From positions 96,001 to 160,000 of the forward strand of contig CAVVJT010000002.1 in the NCBI GenBank assembly GCA_963748625.1: 64,000 nucleotides of DNA, read 5' to 3'. The notes under the pieces were generated by a model that did no database searches, had not been told where the DNA came from, and saw nothing but the letters and a program-made list of their open reading frames with translations. The DNA is from an uncultured Chloroflexia bacterium. Its GTDB lineage: Bacteria > Chloroflexota > Limnocylindria > Limnocylindrales > CSP1-4. How positions within the stretch are numbered: the first letter of the stretch is position 1; every line of letters begins with the position of its first letter. The translations under genes were made by a program, and so were the position numbers. Shown here in pieces: positions 26,593-36,112 of this stretch.

Positions 26593-28056
26593 TCAACTCC
26601 GGCTCTTCCGTGAGGCGAGCCAGGCCGCCTTCTCCTCGTCCGACACGTTCGCCCAGTCGTCGGGGGCGTCGTCGGGGTCGAGGGGCTCCTGCGGCGGCCG
26701 GAGGTCGGCGGGGACGTGCTGGAGGTTGATCCGCAGGCGGTACCAGGCGTAGGTGCGGCCGCGCATCGCCGTTTCGATGAGATCCGCCGGTTCGAGGTGC
26801 GCGGCCGCCTCGGGGTGACGGGCCTTCCAGCGCTCCAGCCCCTCGTGCAGTGCGGCCTTCGACTGGGCCCGGCCCAGCTCGATCACCGGGATGCTCGAGC
26901 GCCTGCGGCCGGTGGGCGAGGGCCGGGACCCGGTGCCCTCCCACTCGGTCGGCAGCCCGGCGTTCGGGTCGCCCGCCGCGACGGCCGCGGAGCGCGCCTC
27001 CGCCACCTCGGGCGGCGGTCCGCCGTCCTTGCCGCGACCTTCGTACTCGGTGTCGGCGCGGCGCTTGCGCGATGGCTGGACCCGGGGCGGCTCGCCCGCC
27101 TGCTTCGCGTAGTTGGGCGGCCAGGGGGCGTCGCCCATGCCCTCGGCCTCGTCGCGGGCGGAGAGCTCCAGCAGCGCATCCAGCGAGCCCACCGCGTCGT
27201 CGATGCCGGCGCCGGCATCACCGCGTGCAGCGAAGAGCGCCGGGACCGTGGCCAGGGTGAAGTCCTCGGCGATCACGTCGGGCACATCCTCCCAGCGCAA
27301 CGGGAACGAGACGCGGGCGTCGGGGGTGGGCCGGACCGAGTAGGCGGACGCGACGGTGCGGTCCTTCGCGTTCTGGTTGTAGTCGATGAAGACGCCGTGC
27401 CGCTCCTCCTTCCACCACTTCGAGGTGGCGAGGGCCGGCGCGCGCCGCTCGATGTCCCGCGCAAGCGCGAGGGCGGCGCGCCGCACCTGGGGGAACGTCC
27501 AGCGCGGCTCGATGCGCACGTTGATGTGGATGCCACGCGAGCCCGACGTCTTCGGCCAGCCCACGAGACCTACCGCCTCGAGCGAATCACGGGCGACCAG
27601 GGCGACCTCGCGGATCTGCGACCAGGGCACGCCCGGCACCGGATCGAGGTCCACGCGCAGCTCGTCGGGGTGGTCGAGGTCCTCCGCCCGGACCGGGTGC
27701 GGGTTGAGGTCGAGGCAGCCCAGGTTGGCGATCCACGCGAGGCCTGCCGCCTCGTCGATGACCAGCTCGTCTGCCGTGCGGCCGGACGGGAACGTGAGCG
27801 TCGCCGTTCGCAGCCAGTCCGGCCGGTTCTCCGGGGCCCGCTTCTGGAAGAAGGGCTCCTTCTCGGCCCCGTCCACGAACCGCTTGAGCGCCATCGGCCG
27901 GCCCCGGACGCCCAGCAGTGCGCCGTCGGCTACGGCCACGAAGTACCGCACGAGGTCCAGCTTCGTGTAGCCCGCCTGCGGGAAGTAGACCTTGTCGGGG
28001 TTGCTGACGGCGACCTCCCGGCCGCCGATGACGAGGAGCTCTTTGCGGGTGGCCAT
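26593..28056 (-). CDS. Stand-alone AEP primase-polymerase (LigD polymerase-domain family, Prim-PolC/PolD2-like) with C-terminal extension
   Basis: [44 protein letters not shown]; no ligase or phosphoesterase domain. Confidence 0.9.
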   Translation of the reverse strand: MATRKELLVIGGREVAVSNPDKVYFPQAGYTKLDLVRYFVAVADGALLGVRGRPMALKRFVDGAEKEPFFQKRAPENRPDWLRTATLTFPSGRTADELVIDEAAGLAWIANLGCLDLNPHPVRAEDLDHPDELRVDLDPVPGVPWSQIREVALVARDSLEAVGLVGWPKTSGSRGIHINVRIEPRWTFPQVRRAALALARDIERRAPALATSKWWKEERHGVFIDYNQNAKDRTVASAYSVRPTPDARVSFPLRWEDVPDVIAEDFTLATVPALFAARGDAGAGIDDAVGSLDALLELSARDEAEGMGDAPWPPNYAKQAGEPPRVQPSRKRRADTEYEGRGKDGGPPPEVAEARSAAVAAGDPNAGLPTEWEGTGSRPSPTGRRRSSIPVIELGRAQSKAALHEGLERWKARHPEAAAHLEPADLIETAMRGRTYAWYRLRINLQHVPADLRPPQEPLDPDDAPDDWANVSDEEKAAWLASRKSRS

Positions 28057-28107
28057 GCGGTTCAGCCTACCCGGCCGCCGCAAGGCGGGGCGCGCGGCAC
28101 CAGTAGC

Positions 28108-28141
28108 TGCCGGCCATGGATGCCGGCCATGGATGCCGGCC
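28108..28141. repeat. 13-bp direct repeat TGCCGGCCATGGA x2.6 in a divergent promoter region
   Basis: Read directly from the sequence. Confidence 0.85.
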
Positions 28142-28191
28142 GGCGCGCCCGCGCTGCATCGCTGCGCCCTCACCCGCTACCGTAGTGCGTC

Positions 28192-28878
28192 ATGCACGAC
28201 GACACACCGCCGATGGGCGAGGAGACGCCCGAAGCCCGCGAGCACTACTGGGACGAGTACTACGCCGCCCGGACGACGACCATACGGAGGCTGCCGTCGC
28301 AGTTCGCCGTCTTTGTCGCCGGTGAGCTCGAGCAGCGGCACCGGATCATCGAGCTCGGCTGCGGCAACGGCCGCGACTCGATGTTCTTCGCGAGCTACGG
28401 CCACGATGTCGTGGGGGTTGACGCATCGCACGCCGCGATCGACGGCTGCCGGACCATGGCGCAGGCCCTGGGCGAGCGGGCAACGTTCATCGTCTCGCGG
28501 ATCGAGGACCCCGAGCTCGCGGGCCTCGTCCGTGGCGAGACCGGACCGCGCCTGGTGTACGCCAGGTTCTTCCTCCACGCGATCACGGAACCCGAGGAGG
28601 ACGCGCTCCTGGGCCTCGCCTCCGCCATCACCGAGGCCGGTGACCTGCTCGCTGTCGAGTACCGCACGGTGCGCGACTCCAGCGGCGCGAAGGTCACCGA
28701 GCAGCACTACCGGCGCTTCGTGCTGCCGGCCGCCTTCGAGGCCCGTGCGCTCGGCCGCGGTTTCGACGTCATCTACTCGGTCGAGGGCTTCGGCTTCGCC
28801 AAGTTCCGGCAGGACGATGCCTACGTGGCACGCACCCTGCTCCGGCGCAGGACGCAGGGCTCGAGCGCCGGCGAATGA
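28192..28878 (+). CDS. Class I SAM-dependent methyltransferase
   Basis: PSQFA, IELGCGNGRD, GVDAS, YARFFLHAI. Confidence 0.88.
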   Translation: MHDDTPPMGEETPEAREHYWDEYYAARTTTIRRLPSQFAVFVAGELEQRHRIIELGCGNGRDSMFFASYGHDVVGVDASHAAIDGCRTMAQALGERATFIVSRIEDPELAGLVRGETGPRLVYARFFLHAITEPEEDALLGLASAITEAGDLLAVEYRTVRDSSGAKVTEQHYRRFVLPAAFEARALGRGFDVIYSVEGFGFAKFRQDDAYVARTLLRRRTQGSSAGE

Positions 28879-30254
28879 CGGCAGGGCGGGCCGGGACCGG
28901 CGCCACGGGTGGCCTCCCTGGCGAGGTCGGGCGGCTGCTCGCCATTGCGACCGAGCGGTTCGCCGATCTCGGCTTCCTCGCGCCGGCCGGGACGCTGGAC
29001 CTGACGCTCACCTCGGGCTCGATTCGCGGCCTGCGGCTCGAGGCCCCCGGCGACGCGGAGCTGCATCTCCAGAAGCTCCGGATCGATGTGGACGGGATCG
29101 AGGATGCGGCCACACTCGCCGCGCTGACCGAGGCTGCCATCAGCGGTCCGGTGGCGGCCAGCGGTTCGGGGGATGCCGGGGGGCTGGTGGACATCGTGGG
29201 CCTCCTTGGCCCGGGGCGGCCATCGGGCGTCATCGTCCATGCGAGTGGGGGGGATCCGGCCTGGATTGAGCTTCGGTTCGCCCAGCCGGTCGCCGCGCGC
29301 GCCATCCACCTCGTCAATGCGCCCGACGAGACCGCCCGCCTGGCACGAGGGCTGCGCGTGGCCACGAAGAGCCGCTGGCGCAGCGACACGATCTACCGGG
29401 GCGGCGCGCAGCTGCGGGCGTGGAAGGAGCTGGTCACCCCCGCGAAGGCCGCGGCCGAGACGGCCGGCGACACCGACCAGGCCGGACTCCTCACCGTGCT
29501 GGACCTGACCGTGCGCGCGGAGTACGTGCGGGCGACGCGGCAGCTGCAGGCCAAGGTCGCTGACAACGAGCTGCGGCGCGCCTTCCGGACGGCGATCAAC
29601 GCCTCCCTGATGCCCGCGCGGCGCCTCGAGTGGACCGACCACGGGCCGCACCGCACGTTCCGCTGGTGGAGCGACGAGGAACGGGTGGAGTACGTGAAGG
29701 AGGCGATGGAGGTGGTCGATGCCCTCCGGACCCTCACGCCGAACGTCTGCCTCGGCTTCGGGTCGGTGCTGTCCGTCGTGCGCGACAGGGCACTCATCCC
29801 CCATGACGACGACCTGGACATCATCATCGCCTTCGAGCCGCACGAGGCGGCCTCCATCGCCGACGGACTGGCGCGGATCGAGGGACACCTGGGCGGGTAC
29901 GGTCTGGCGGCCACCAGCACCAACCCCTCGCACCGCCACGTCCGGAGGACCGGCCGCAAGCCCGTGGATGTGTTCGTCGGACTGTTCGAAGGTGACGCGG
30001 TCTCCTGGTTCCCGAGCGCGCGTGGCGGCCTGACGCGGGAGATCGTGTTCCCGCCGGCTATGTCCGAGTTGCTCGGCGTGCCATGCCCCATCCCGGCCCA
30101 GCCGGAGGTCTACCTCGAGCGGGTGTACGGCGCCGGCTGGCGGGTACCGGATCCGCTCTTCCGCCATCCGTGGAACAAGACCGATTACGCCGACATCGCG
30201 GGCGCTGTGCCGCCTGCGTCCGACGCCCAGGGCGAGGCCGAGATTACGCGCTGA
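28875..30254 (+). CDS. LicD-like nucleotidyltransferase-fold protein with N-terminal discoidin-like region
   Basis: GSVLSVVRDRALIPHDDDLDI and PEVYLERVYGAGWRVPD resemble LicD motifs; WIELRFAQPVAARAIHLVN is discoidin-like. ATGA overlap with the methyltransferase. Confidence 0.72.
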   Translation: MTAGRAGTGATGGLPGEVGRLLAIATERFADLGFLAPAGTLDLTLTSGSIRGLRLEAPGDAELHLQKLRIDVDGIEDAATLAALTEAAISGPVAASGSGDAGGLVDIVGLLGPGRPSGVIVHASGGDPAWIELRFAQPVAARAIHLVNAPDETARLARGLRVATKSRWRSDTIYRGGAQLRAWKELVTPAKAAAETAGDTDQAGLLTVLDLTVRAEYVRATRQLQAKVADNELRRAFRTAINASLMPARRLEWTDHGPHRTFRWWSDEERVEYVKEAMEVVDALRTLTPNVCLGFGSVLSVVRDRALIPHDDDLDIIIAFEPHEAASIADGLARIEGHLGGYGLAATSTNPSHRHVRRTGRKPVDVFVGLFEGDAVSWFPSARGGLTREIVFPPAMSELLGVPCPIPAQPEVYLERVYGAGWRVPDPLFRHPWNKTDYADIAGAVPPASDAQGEAEITR

Positions 30255-30279
30255 CGGACCAGCGGTCATCCACGGTGGC

Positions 30280-30306
30280 TGTCGATTCGGGGGCTTGCCA
30301 CTCGTC
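30280..30306 (+). promoter_or_regulatory. ECF42-type promoter TGTCGA-N17-CGTC
   Basis: TGTCGA at 30280-30285 and CGTC at 30303-30306, directly upstream of the DGPF-ECF42 pair; matches the recalled ECF42 consensus. Confidence 0.7.
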
Positions 30307-30354
30307 GGTACGATAACGGCCCGGAGACGCCGGCCGAGAGGGAGACCGCTGACG

Positions 30355-30702
30355 ATGCGCTACCTGCTCATGATCTACGAGGATCCCGCCACTGCCCCGC
30401 GGACACCCGACGCGTGGAACGCGATGATGGGCGAGTACGGCGCCTTCACGGGCTGGCTCCAGGAGACGGGCCAGTTCCTGGGCGGCGAGGCGCTCAAGGA
30501 CGTCGCCGACGCCACCACGGTCGCCGTGCGCGATGGGCGCCGGATCGTCACCGACGGCCCGTTCGCCGAGACCAAGGAGCACCTGGGCGGCTACTACCTG
30601 GTCCAGGCGGCCGATCTCGACGCGGCGATCGAGGCGGCGGCCCGCATCCCGGGCGCGAAGCTCGGCAGGGTCGAGATCCGCCCGATCATGGAGATGGGCT
30701 GA
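30355..30702 (+). CDS. YciI/YCII-family DGPF protein
   Basis: TDGPFAETKEHLGGYY, VEIRPI. Confidence 0.93.
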   Translation: MRYLLMIYEDPATAPRTPDAWNAMMGEYGAFTGWLQETGQFLGGEALKDVADATTVAVRDGRRIVTDGPFAETKEHLGGYYLVQAADLDAAIEAAARIPGAKLGRVEIRPIMEMG

Positions 30703-30779
30703 CGGCAGGAGCAGGGCCCGGCCCTGGCCCTGGCGTACCGGTGAGGGTCCAGGACTCCGGCAAGGGTCCCGGTGCCGCG

Positions 30780-32075
30780 GTGACGGAGGGAGCGGCGCGG
30801 GCGTCGGCCGACGAAGCGGTCGTCCGCGTCTTCCGCGAGGAGCACGGGCGCGCGCTTGCCACCCTGATTCGCGTCCTGAGGGACTTCGACGCCGCCGAGG
30901 AGGCCGTGGCCGACGCCTACGTGGCGGCCCTCGAACGCTGGCCGCTCGAGGGCATCCCTGCGAAACCCGCCGCCTGGATCACGACGACCGCCCGCAACCG
31001 GGCGATCGACCGGCTGCGTCGCGCTCGCCGGTTTGCCGACCGGGCCCCGATCCTCGCCCGGGACGCTGCCTTCGACGACGAGGCCCGGGCCCAGGCGCTG
31101 CTCACTGCCGCGGAGGACGACATGGAGCCGATCCCCGATGACCAGCTCCGCCTGATCTTCACCTGCTGCCACCCGGCGCTCGCGCCCGAGGCCGCCGTCG
31201 CGCTCACGCTGCGGTCGCTCGGCGGCCTCACCACGCCGGAGATCGCCCGGGCCTTCCTCGTCCCGGAGGCGACCCTGGCCCAGCGGCTCGTCCGCGCGAA
31301 GCGCAAGATCCGCGAGGCCGGCATCGCGTACGAGATCCCGCACGGCGACCGCTTGGCCAACCGGCTGGACGCGGTCCTGCGCGTCATCTACCTCGTCTTC
31401 AACGAGGGCTATGAAGCATCCTCGGGCGATGCCCTCATCCGGCGCGACCTGTGCGCGGAGGCGATCCGGCTCGCCCGCGTCGTGGCCTCGCTGCTTCCCG
31501 GCGAGCCCGAGGCGCTGGGGCTGCTCGCGCTACTCCTCCTCACCGACGCCCGGCGACCGGCCCGTGAGGGTGGCGATGGAGCGATCGTGCTGCTCGAGCG
31601 CCAGGACCGGACGCGCTGGGACGCGGAGCGGATCGCCGAGGGGCGGGCGCTCGTGGAGCAAGCGCTGCGGATGGGCCGGGTGGGCCCCTACCAGCTGCAG
31701 GCTGCCATCGCCGCTGTGCACGACGAGGCGCCCGACGCAGCCTCGACCGACTGGCTGCAGATCCTGGGTCTGTACGAGGTGCTCATGCGTGTGGCGCCGT
31801 CACCGGTCGTGGCGCTCAATCGGGCGGTGGCGGTGGCGCAGGTGCGCGGGCCTGAGGCCGGTCTCGCAGCGGTCGATGCGCTGGAGGGCGATCCCGCGAT
31901 GGATGCCTACCGCTTCCTGCACGCGACGCGGGCGGAGCTGTTGCGAAGGCTCGGGCGGACGGCTGAAGCGGTGGAGGCCTACGACCGGGCGCTGGCGCTG
32001 TTCCCGAATGTCCCCGAGCGCGTGTTCCTGGAGAGTCGGCGGGCACAGTCGATCGCCCGGGGATCCTCGGGCTGA
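30780..32075 (+). CDS. ECF sigma factor, ECF42 group (C-terminal TPR extension)
   Basis: AWITTTARNRAID, DDQLRLIFTCCHPAL, LVFNEGY, GPYQLQAAIAA, VALNRAVA. Start uncertain. Confidence 0.9.
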   Translation: MTEGAARASADEAVVRVFREEHGRALATLIRVLRDFDAAEEAVADAYVAALERWPLEGIPAKPAAWITTTARNRAIDRLRRARRFADRAPILARDAAFDDEARAQALLTAAEDDMEPIPDDQLRLIFTCCHPALAPEAAVALTLRSLGGLTTPEIARAFLVPEATLAQRLVRAKRKIREAGIAYEIPHGDRLANRLDAVLRVIYLVFNEGYEASSGDALIRRDLCAEAIRLARVVASLLPGEPEALGLLALLLLTDARRPAREGGDGAIVLLERQDRTRWDAERIAEGRALVEQALRMGRVGPYQLQAAIAAVHDEAPDAASTDWLQILGLYEVLMRVAPSPVVALNRAVAVAQVRGPEAGLAAVDALEGDPAMDAYRFLHATRAELLRRLGRTAEAVEAYDRALALFPNVPERVFLESRRAQSIARGSSG

Positions 32076-32137
32076 GGCGCGCTGGAACCAGCCCGCGACA
32101 GGCGCCCTCCCTCTCGCACCACATAGCGCTGCGGCGG

Positions 32138-32407
32138 TCAGTCGCCGCCGAACAGCTTGGCGTAGGCGACGGCGATGCAGATCTTGGACTGGTACCCGGA
32201 GCCCTCGCGGCCCATCGAGACCGCGGAGTGGCGGAGCGGCGTCGAGCTCATCGAGAGCAGCCGCAGGCCGCGTTCCGCGGAGAGGCGGGCCGCGTCCTCC
32301 GCGATGAAGGTGTAGAGGGCGAGCGGCGCGATCTCCTCGCCGGTGTCCTCGGGCTGGTACAGGACGATGACCTGGCCGTCGCCGGCCGGGAGCTCGGAGC
32401 GGTACAT
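32138..32407 (-). CDS. Small hypothetical protein (89 aa)
   Basis: Fills the gap between the sigma factor and nitrilase genes; normal globular composition (MYRSELPAGDGQVIVLYQ...). Confidence 0.6.
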   Translation of the reverse strand: MYRSELPAGDGQVIVLYQPEDTGEEIAPLALYTFIAEDAARLSAERGLRLLSMSSTPLRHSAVSMGREGSGYQSKICIAVAYAKLFGGD

Positions 32408-32493
32408 GGCGCTGACCCCATCCTGCGGTGATGCCCCGATGATGCGCCGGTCCGCGGGCCGCCGCCCGGCGGGCGCGGCGTAGACTGCGCGCC

Positions 32494-33339
32494 ATGTCCA
32501 CCCTGCGGGTCGCCATCGTCCAACTTGAGGCGCGCGACGACGTCGCCGCCAACCTCGCCCACGCCGCGGCGCTCGCCCGCGAGGCCGCCGCAGGCGCGGA
32601 CCTCGTGGTCCTCCCGGAGTACGTCCAGTACCGCGGCTCCGCCGAGGGCTATCGGGCATCCGCGGCGCCCATCCCGGGGCCGACCACCGAGCCGTTTGCG
32701 GCGGTCGCGCGTGCGACGGGGACCTGGATCCTGGCCGGCAGCCACGCTGAGGCAACCGCCGATCCGGCCCGCCCGTACAACACCGCCGTCCTGCTCGGCC
32801 CCGACGGGAGTGCGGTCGCCACGTATCGCAAGCTGCACCTGTTCGACATCGCCGTGGTGGACGGCCCGGCCGATACGGAGTCGGCGCGCGTGACCCCGGG
32901 CGAGGAGGCGGTGGTGGCACAGGCGGCGGGTGCGCTCCTGGGCCTGACGATCTGCTACGACCTGCGCTTCCCGGAGCTGTACCGGGCGCTCGCGCTCGCC
33001 GGCGCGCAGGTCCTCGCGGTGCCCGCCGTCTTCACCGCCCGCACCGGCCGTGACCACTGGGAGCCGCTGCTCCGGGCACGCGCGATCGAGAACGGGGCGT
33101 GGGTCGTGGCCGCCGGCGGTTGCGGGCCGGGCGGCCCGGGCGCGATCCCGGCCTGGGGGCATTCGATGATCGTGGACCCGTGGGGCCGGATCGTGGTCGA
33201 GGCCGGTGACGACGAGGCGATCCTGCGCGCGGAGCTGGATATCGAGCTGGTGGCGCAGACGCGCAGCCAGATCCCCGTCCTGGCGAACCGTCGGCCGGAC
33301 GCGCTCCCGCCGGAGCGCGAGGTCCGCCGGGCAGGGTAG
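32494..33339 (+). CDS. Carbon-nitrogen hydrolase (Nit1 / deaminated glutathione amidase-like)
   Basis: Catalytic triad in LPE, YRKLHLFD and ICYDLRFPE; HWEPLLRARAIEN; GHSMIVDPWG. Confidence 0.92.
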   Translation: MSTLRVAIVQLEARDDVAANLAHAAALAREAAAGADLVVLPEYVQYRGSAEGYRASAAPIPGPTTEPFAAVARATGTWILAGSHAEATADPARPYNTAVLLGPDGSAVATYRKLHLFDIAVVDGPADTESARVTPGEEAVVAQAAGALLGLTICYDLRFPELYRALALAGAQVLAVPAVFTARTGRDHWEPLLRARAIENGAWVVAAGGCGPGGPGAIPAWGHSMIVDPWGRIVVEAGDDEAILRAELDIELVAQTRSQIPVLANRRPDALPPEREVRRAG

Positions 33340-33421
33340 GCGGCAGGATGGACGCCGCGCGAGCGCGTGGCCCGACGCGGGCCACGCGCGAGGTGGGCCG
33401 GGCGCCCGCAACGCCCGACGA

Positions 33422-34708
33422 TCAGGCCTCGCCGGGGAGCGGCCCCGCAGCGTCCAGGGCGAACGCGAGCACGGCCCTGAGGACCTCGTCGCGCACGGGT
33501 GCCTCCTCCGACGCGAGGTCATGCCCTGCGTCCAGTTCGACGTAGGTCGCTGGTGCCGGGAGGCGTGCGAGGAGACGCCTGGTCTGGGCTGGTCGGCTGA
33601 CCGTGTCCTGCCCGCCCTGGATCGCCAGGACGGGTGCTCGCACGCCCGGCGCGGCGACCTCTGCTGCGTGCGACACCCGGAACAGCTGCTCCAGGGCCAC
33701 GGTGGGAATCCGCAGATCGCGCAGGCCCGCCACGACCGCGGGATCGTCGAGGTCCATGCCGGGCAGGAGGCCCTCCATGCCGCGGCGCACCTCGGCGTCG
33801 GCCAGGTCCATCCGGGAGAACACGGCGAAGCCGGGCGGCAGGAAGACCCGTGCGAGCGGCCCGATGGCCCGCTGCCAGGCCCGCGTGGACCAGCAGAACG
33901 GGGCGAGCAGCACCAGGGCATCGGGGGTCACCTGCGCCGCGGTCGCCAGCGCCAGCGCCCCGCCCACCGAGTGCCCGACCACCACCAGCCGGCGCACCCC
34001 GGCCTCGCGGAGGTGGCCCGCGCCGGCCATCACCGTGGCCGTCCAGTCCTCCAGCCGGTAGTCGGCGATGGCCCGGATGTCCGGCCCGTGACCGGGCAGG
34101 CGCGGCACCTCCACCAGGAACCCGTTCGAGGCGAGGACGGCCGCCAGTGCGCGCATCTCCTTGGGCGACCCGCCGAACCCGTGGACCAGCAGCGCGCCGT
34201 CGACCGGGGCGGAATCGGCGGGGGAGAGCCGGAACGGATCGTGGCCGGAGCCGGTGAACAGTTCCACATCGTCAGGGAGGAGCGGACCGGGCGCCGGGAC
34301 CCAGCGCGCATGCAGCACATCGAAGACCAGCAGGAACGCGCCCTGCACCACGATCCCCAGCCCGGCGCCCGCGCGCCACGGATCACCGCCGGCGGAGGCG
34401 GCGAGCCACACGCCCCCTGACACATAGAGGACGTCCAGCGCGGCGTTGACCAGCAGGATGCGCCGGATGCGCGCGGTCTCCCGGGCACGCGCGGGCTCGT
34501 CACCGATCGTGCGTCGTCGGCCCCGTTCCGCCCCGATGCGGGCCGCCACCCCGATTGCCCCATCGACCGCGCCGAACACCAGGAACATGGCCCCGACTCC
34601 CCGGGCGAACGCATCGCCCGTGGCGAGCATCCAGCTCCCGAGCACGATGGAGAGGAGGGCCCAGGCGATGAGGCGGCGACCAATGATGTCGGCGAAGGCG
34701 TAGATCAC
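33422..34708 (-). CDS. Fusion of an N-terminal ~4-TM domain and an alpha/beta-hydrolase carboxylesterase
   Basis: HGFGG, LPGHG, GHSVGG (Ser), GGQD (Asp), AGH (His); hydrophobic N-terminus; GTG at 34708. Confidence 0.8.
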   Translation of the reverse strand: MIYAFADIIGRRLIAWALLSIVLGSWMLATGDAFARGVGAMFLVFGAVDGAIGVAARIGAERGRRRTIGDEPARARETARIRRILLVNAALDVLYVSGGVWLAASAGGDPWRAGAGLGIVVQGAFLLVFDVLHARWVPAPGPLLPDDVELFTGSGHDPFRLSPADSAPVDGALLVHGFGGSPKEMRALAAVLASNGFLVEVPRLPGHGPDIRAIADYRLEDWTATVMAGAGHLREAGVRRLVVVGHSVGGALALATAAQVTPDALVLLAPFCWSTRAWQRAIGPLARVFLPPGFAVFSRMDLADAEVRRGMEGLLPGMDLDDPAVVAGLRDLRIPTVALEQLFRVSHAAEVAAPGVRAPVLAIQGGQDTVSRPAQTRRLLARLPAPATYVELDAGHDLASEEAPVRDEVLRAVLAFALDAAGPLPGEA

Positions 34709-34814
34709 GGGCGCGAGTAGACCACGATCAGGCCGTCCGTGGGGCGCGGACAACCGGCCCGCGGCGAGCAGACGGCCGCCGGGTGCGCGCGACCGGCGCA
34801 GCAGGGCCGTGACG

Positions 34815-35863
34815 TCAGGCGGGCACGGACCCCGTGGACCCGCCGCGAACCCAGAGCACCTTGTGGGTGAACGGGACCCGGAACTCGCGGAAGACCTCCT
34901 CGGAGACCAGGAAGCCGGCAAACAGGAAGACCACGCCCAGCAGCTCGCCCAGGAAGAACGTCTCGGTAATGCCGAAGCGCGACAGGCCACTGGTGAGCGA
35001 CGGGATGAAGCCGCCGATGGCGAGCAGGATCGTGGCCGGCACGCGGGAGTGCAGCTTGCCCGCGAACAGCGCCCGGACGTGCCCGGGATGGACGCGACCA
35101 GGTTCACCGGGAACGCCACCACCGAGATCGCCACGTTGGCGAGGAACGTCCCGACCCCGTGGCGGCGCGTCAGGTCGTAGCGGATCACGCGCTTCTTGGG
35201 CATGAACACGTACGTGCTGTAGAGCGCGCCCAGCGCGAGGGCGAAGCCGCCGGTCACGTTGAACAGAGGGGTCAGCAGGCGGACCGAGCCCGGCATCAGC
35301 GAGCCCACCGGGATGCCGTTGGGGTCGAGTGCGTAGCCGGGCGGGGGGAGCTGGGCCGTGAAGACGATCGGGATGGCGATGATGGAGCCGCCGATGATCA
35401 GCACGCCCGCGATGCGCGCCCAGTGCCCGGTTCCCCGGTACGTCTCGATGACGATGAGGATGGCGCCCAGGACGGCGATGCCGAAGGCGATGTAGGGCAG
35501 CATGCCGGTGTCCGTGTACTGCGCCTTCACCTGCGACAGGTAGGTGAACAGGCCCGCCAGCAGGACGCTGAATGCCGCCGCATAGCCGAAGCGGGTCTTG
35601 CCCAGCAGGTACATCGTGCCCAGGCCCAGCCACGCGGCCACGTAGATGGCACCGATGAGGTACCAGGTCTTGTAGAGGGGCTCGCTCCAGCCGAAGGCGC
35701 CGCCCCAGAACTCGGTGCCGGCCGAGATGCCGTACCACAGCATCCCGAAGGTCCAGATGAGCTGGTACGACCGCCGGCGCTCGAGCCACTGGTCCAGCAG
35801 GAACAGGGCGAAGACGAACGACAGCATGGACGACAGGAAGGGAAGGACGACGTTCCAGTTCAC
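34815..35863 (-). CDS. Conserved-looking polytopic membrane protein, frameshifted near 35080
   Basis: Frame 1 runs MNWNVVLPF...NLVASIPGT, then a second frame continues VRALFAGKLHSRVPATILLAIGG... to the stop at 34815. Adding one base joins them. Confidence 0.75.
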
Positions 35864-36004
35864 CGGGGCACCTCATTGGGCCGGGACACGGCCGGTGCGG
35901 GCAGCGTAGTCAAGACACGTCGGATTGCGGCCGGGTCCACCGGACCGAAGGAGGCGGCCATCCGGCCCGACCCGTGCCCGATTCACCCAGGTTTCACGGG
36001 AACC

Positions 36005-36030
36005 CCATCCGCCGGTGCTGGAGGTGCGAA
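36005..36030 (+). promoter_or_regulatory. SigK-like ECF promoter CCATCC-N15-GCGAA
   Basis: One mismatch to the recalled mycobacterial SigK consensus CCATCC-N15-CCGAA, about 80 bp upstream of a fasciclin gene. Confidence 0.6.
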
Positions 36031-36112
36031 GAGTTGGGTGAGCCGGCGTCACCGCAAAGGCCACCGGATCACCAGCCCATCGCCAGCCATCACCTGACCA
36101 GGAGCCAGCACC

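Noticed and set aside
26593-28056. Full LigD/NHEJ system
   Set aside because: Only the polymerase domain is present, with no ligase or phosphoesterase domain and no Ku in the window.
33422-35863. 813-aa ORF as a single protein
   Set aside because: The middle part is low-complexity off-frame sequence. Two genes plus a 1-bp frameshift near 35080 explain it better.
36036-36075. c-di-GMP-I riboswitch suggested by CGCAAAGGCC
   Set aside because: It lacks the upstream GGCAAA/GNRA arm and the P1 pairing.
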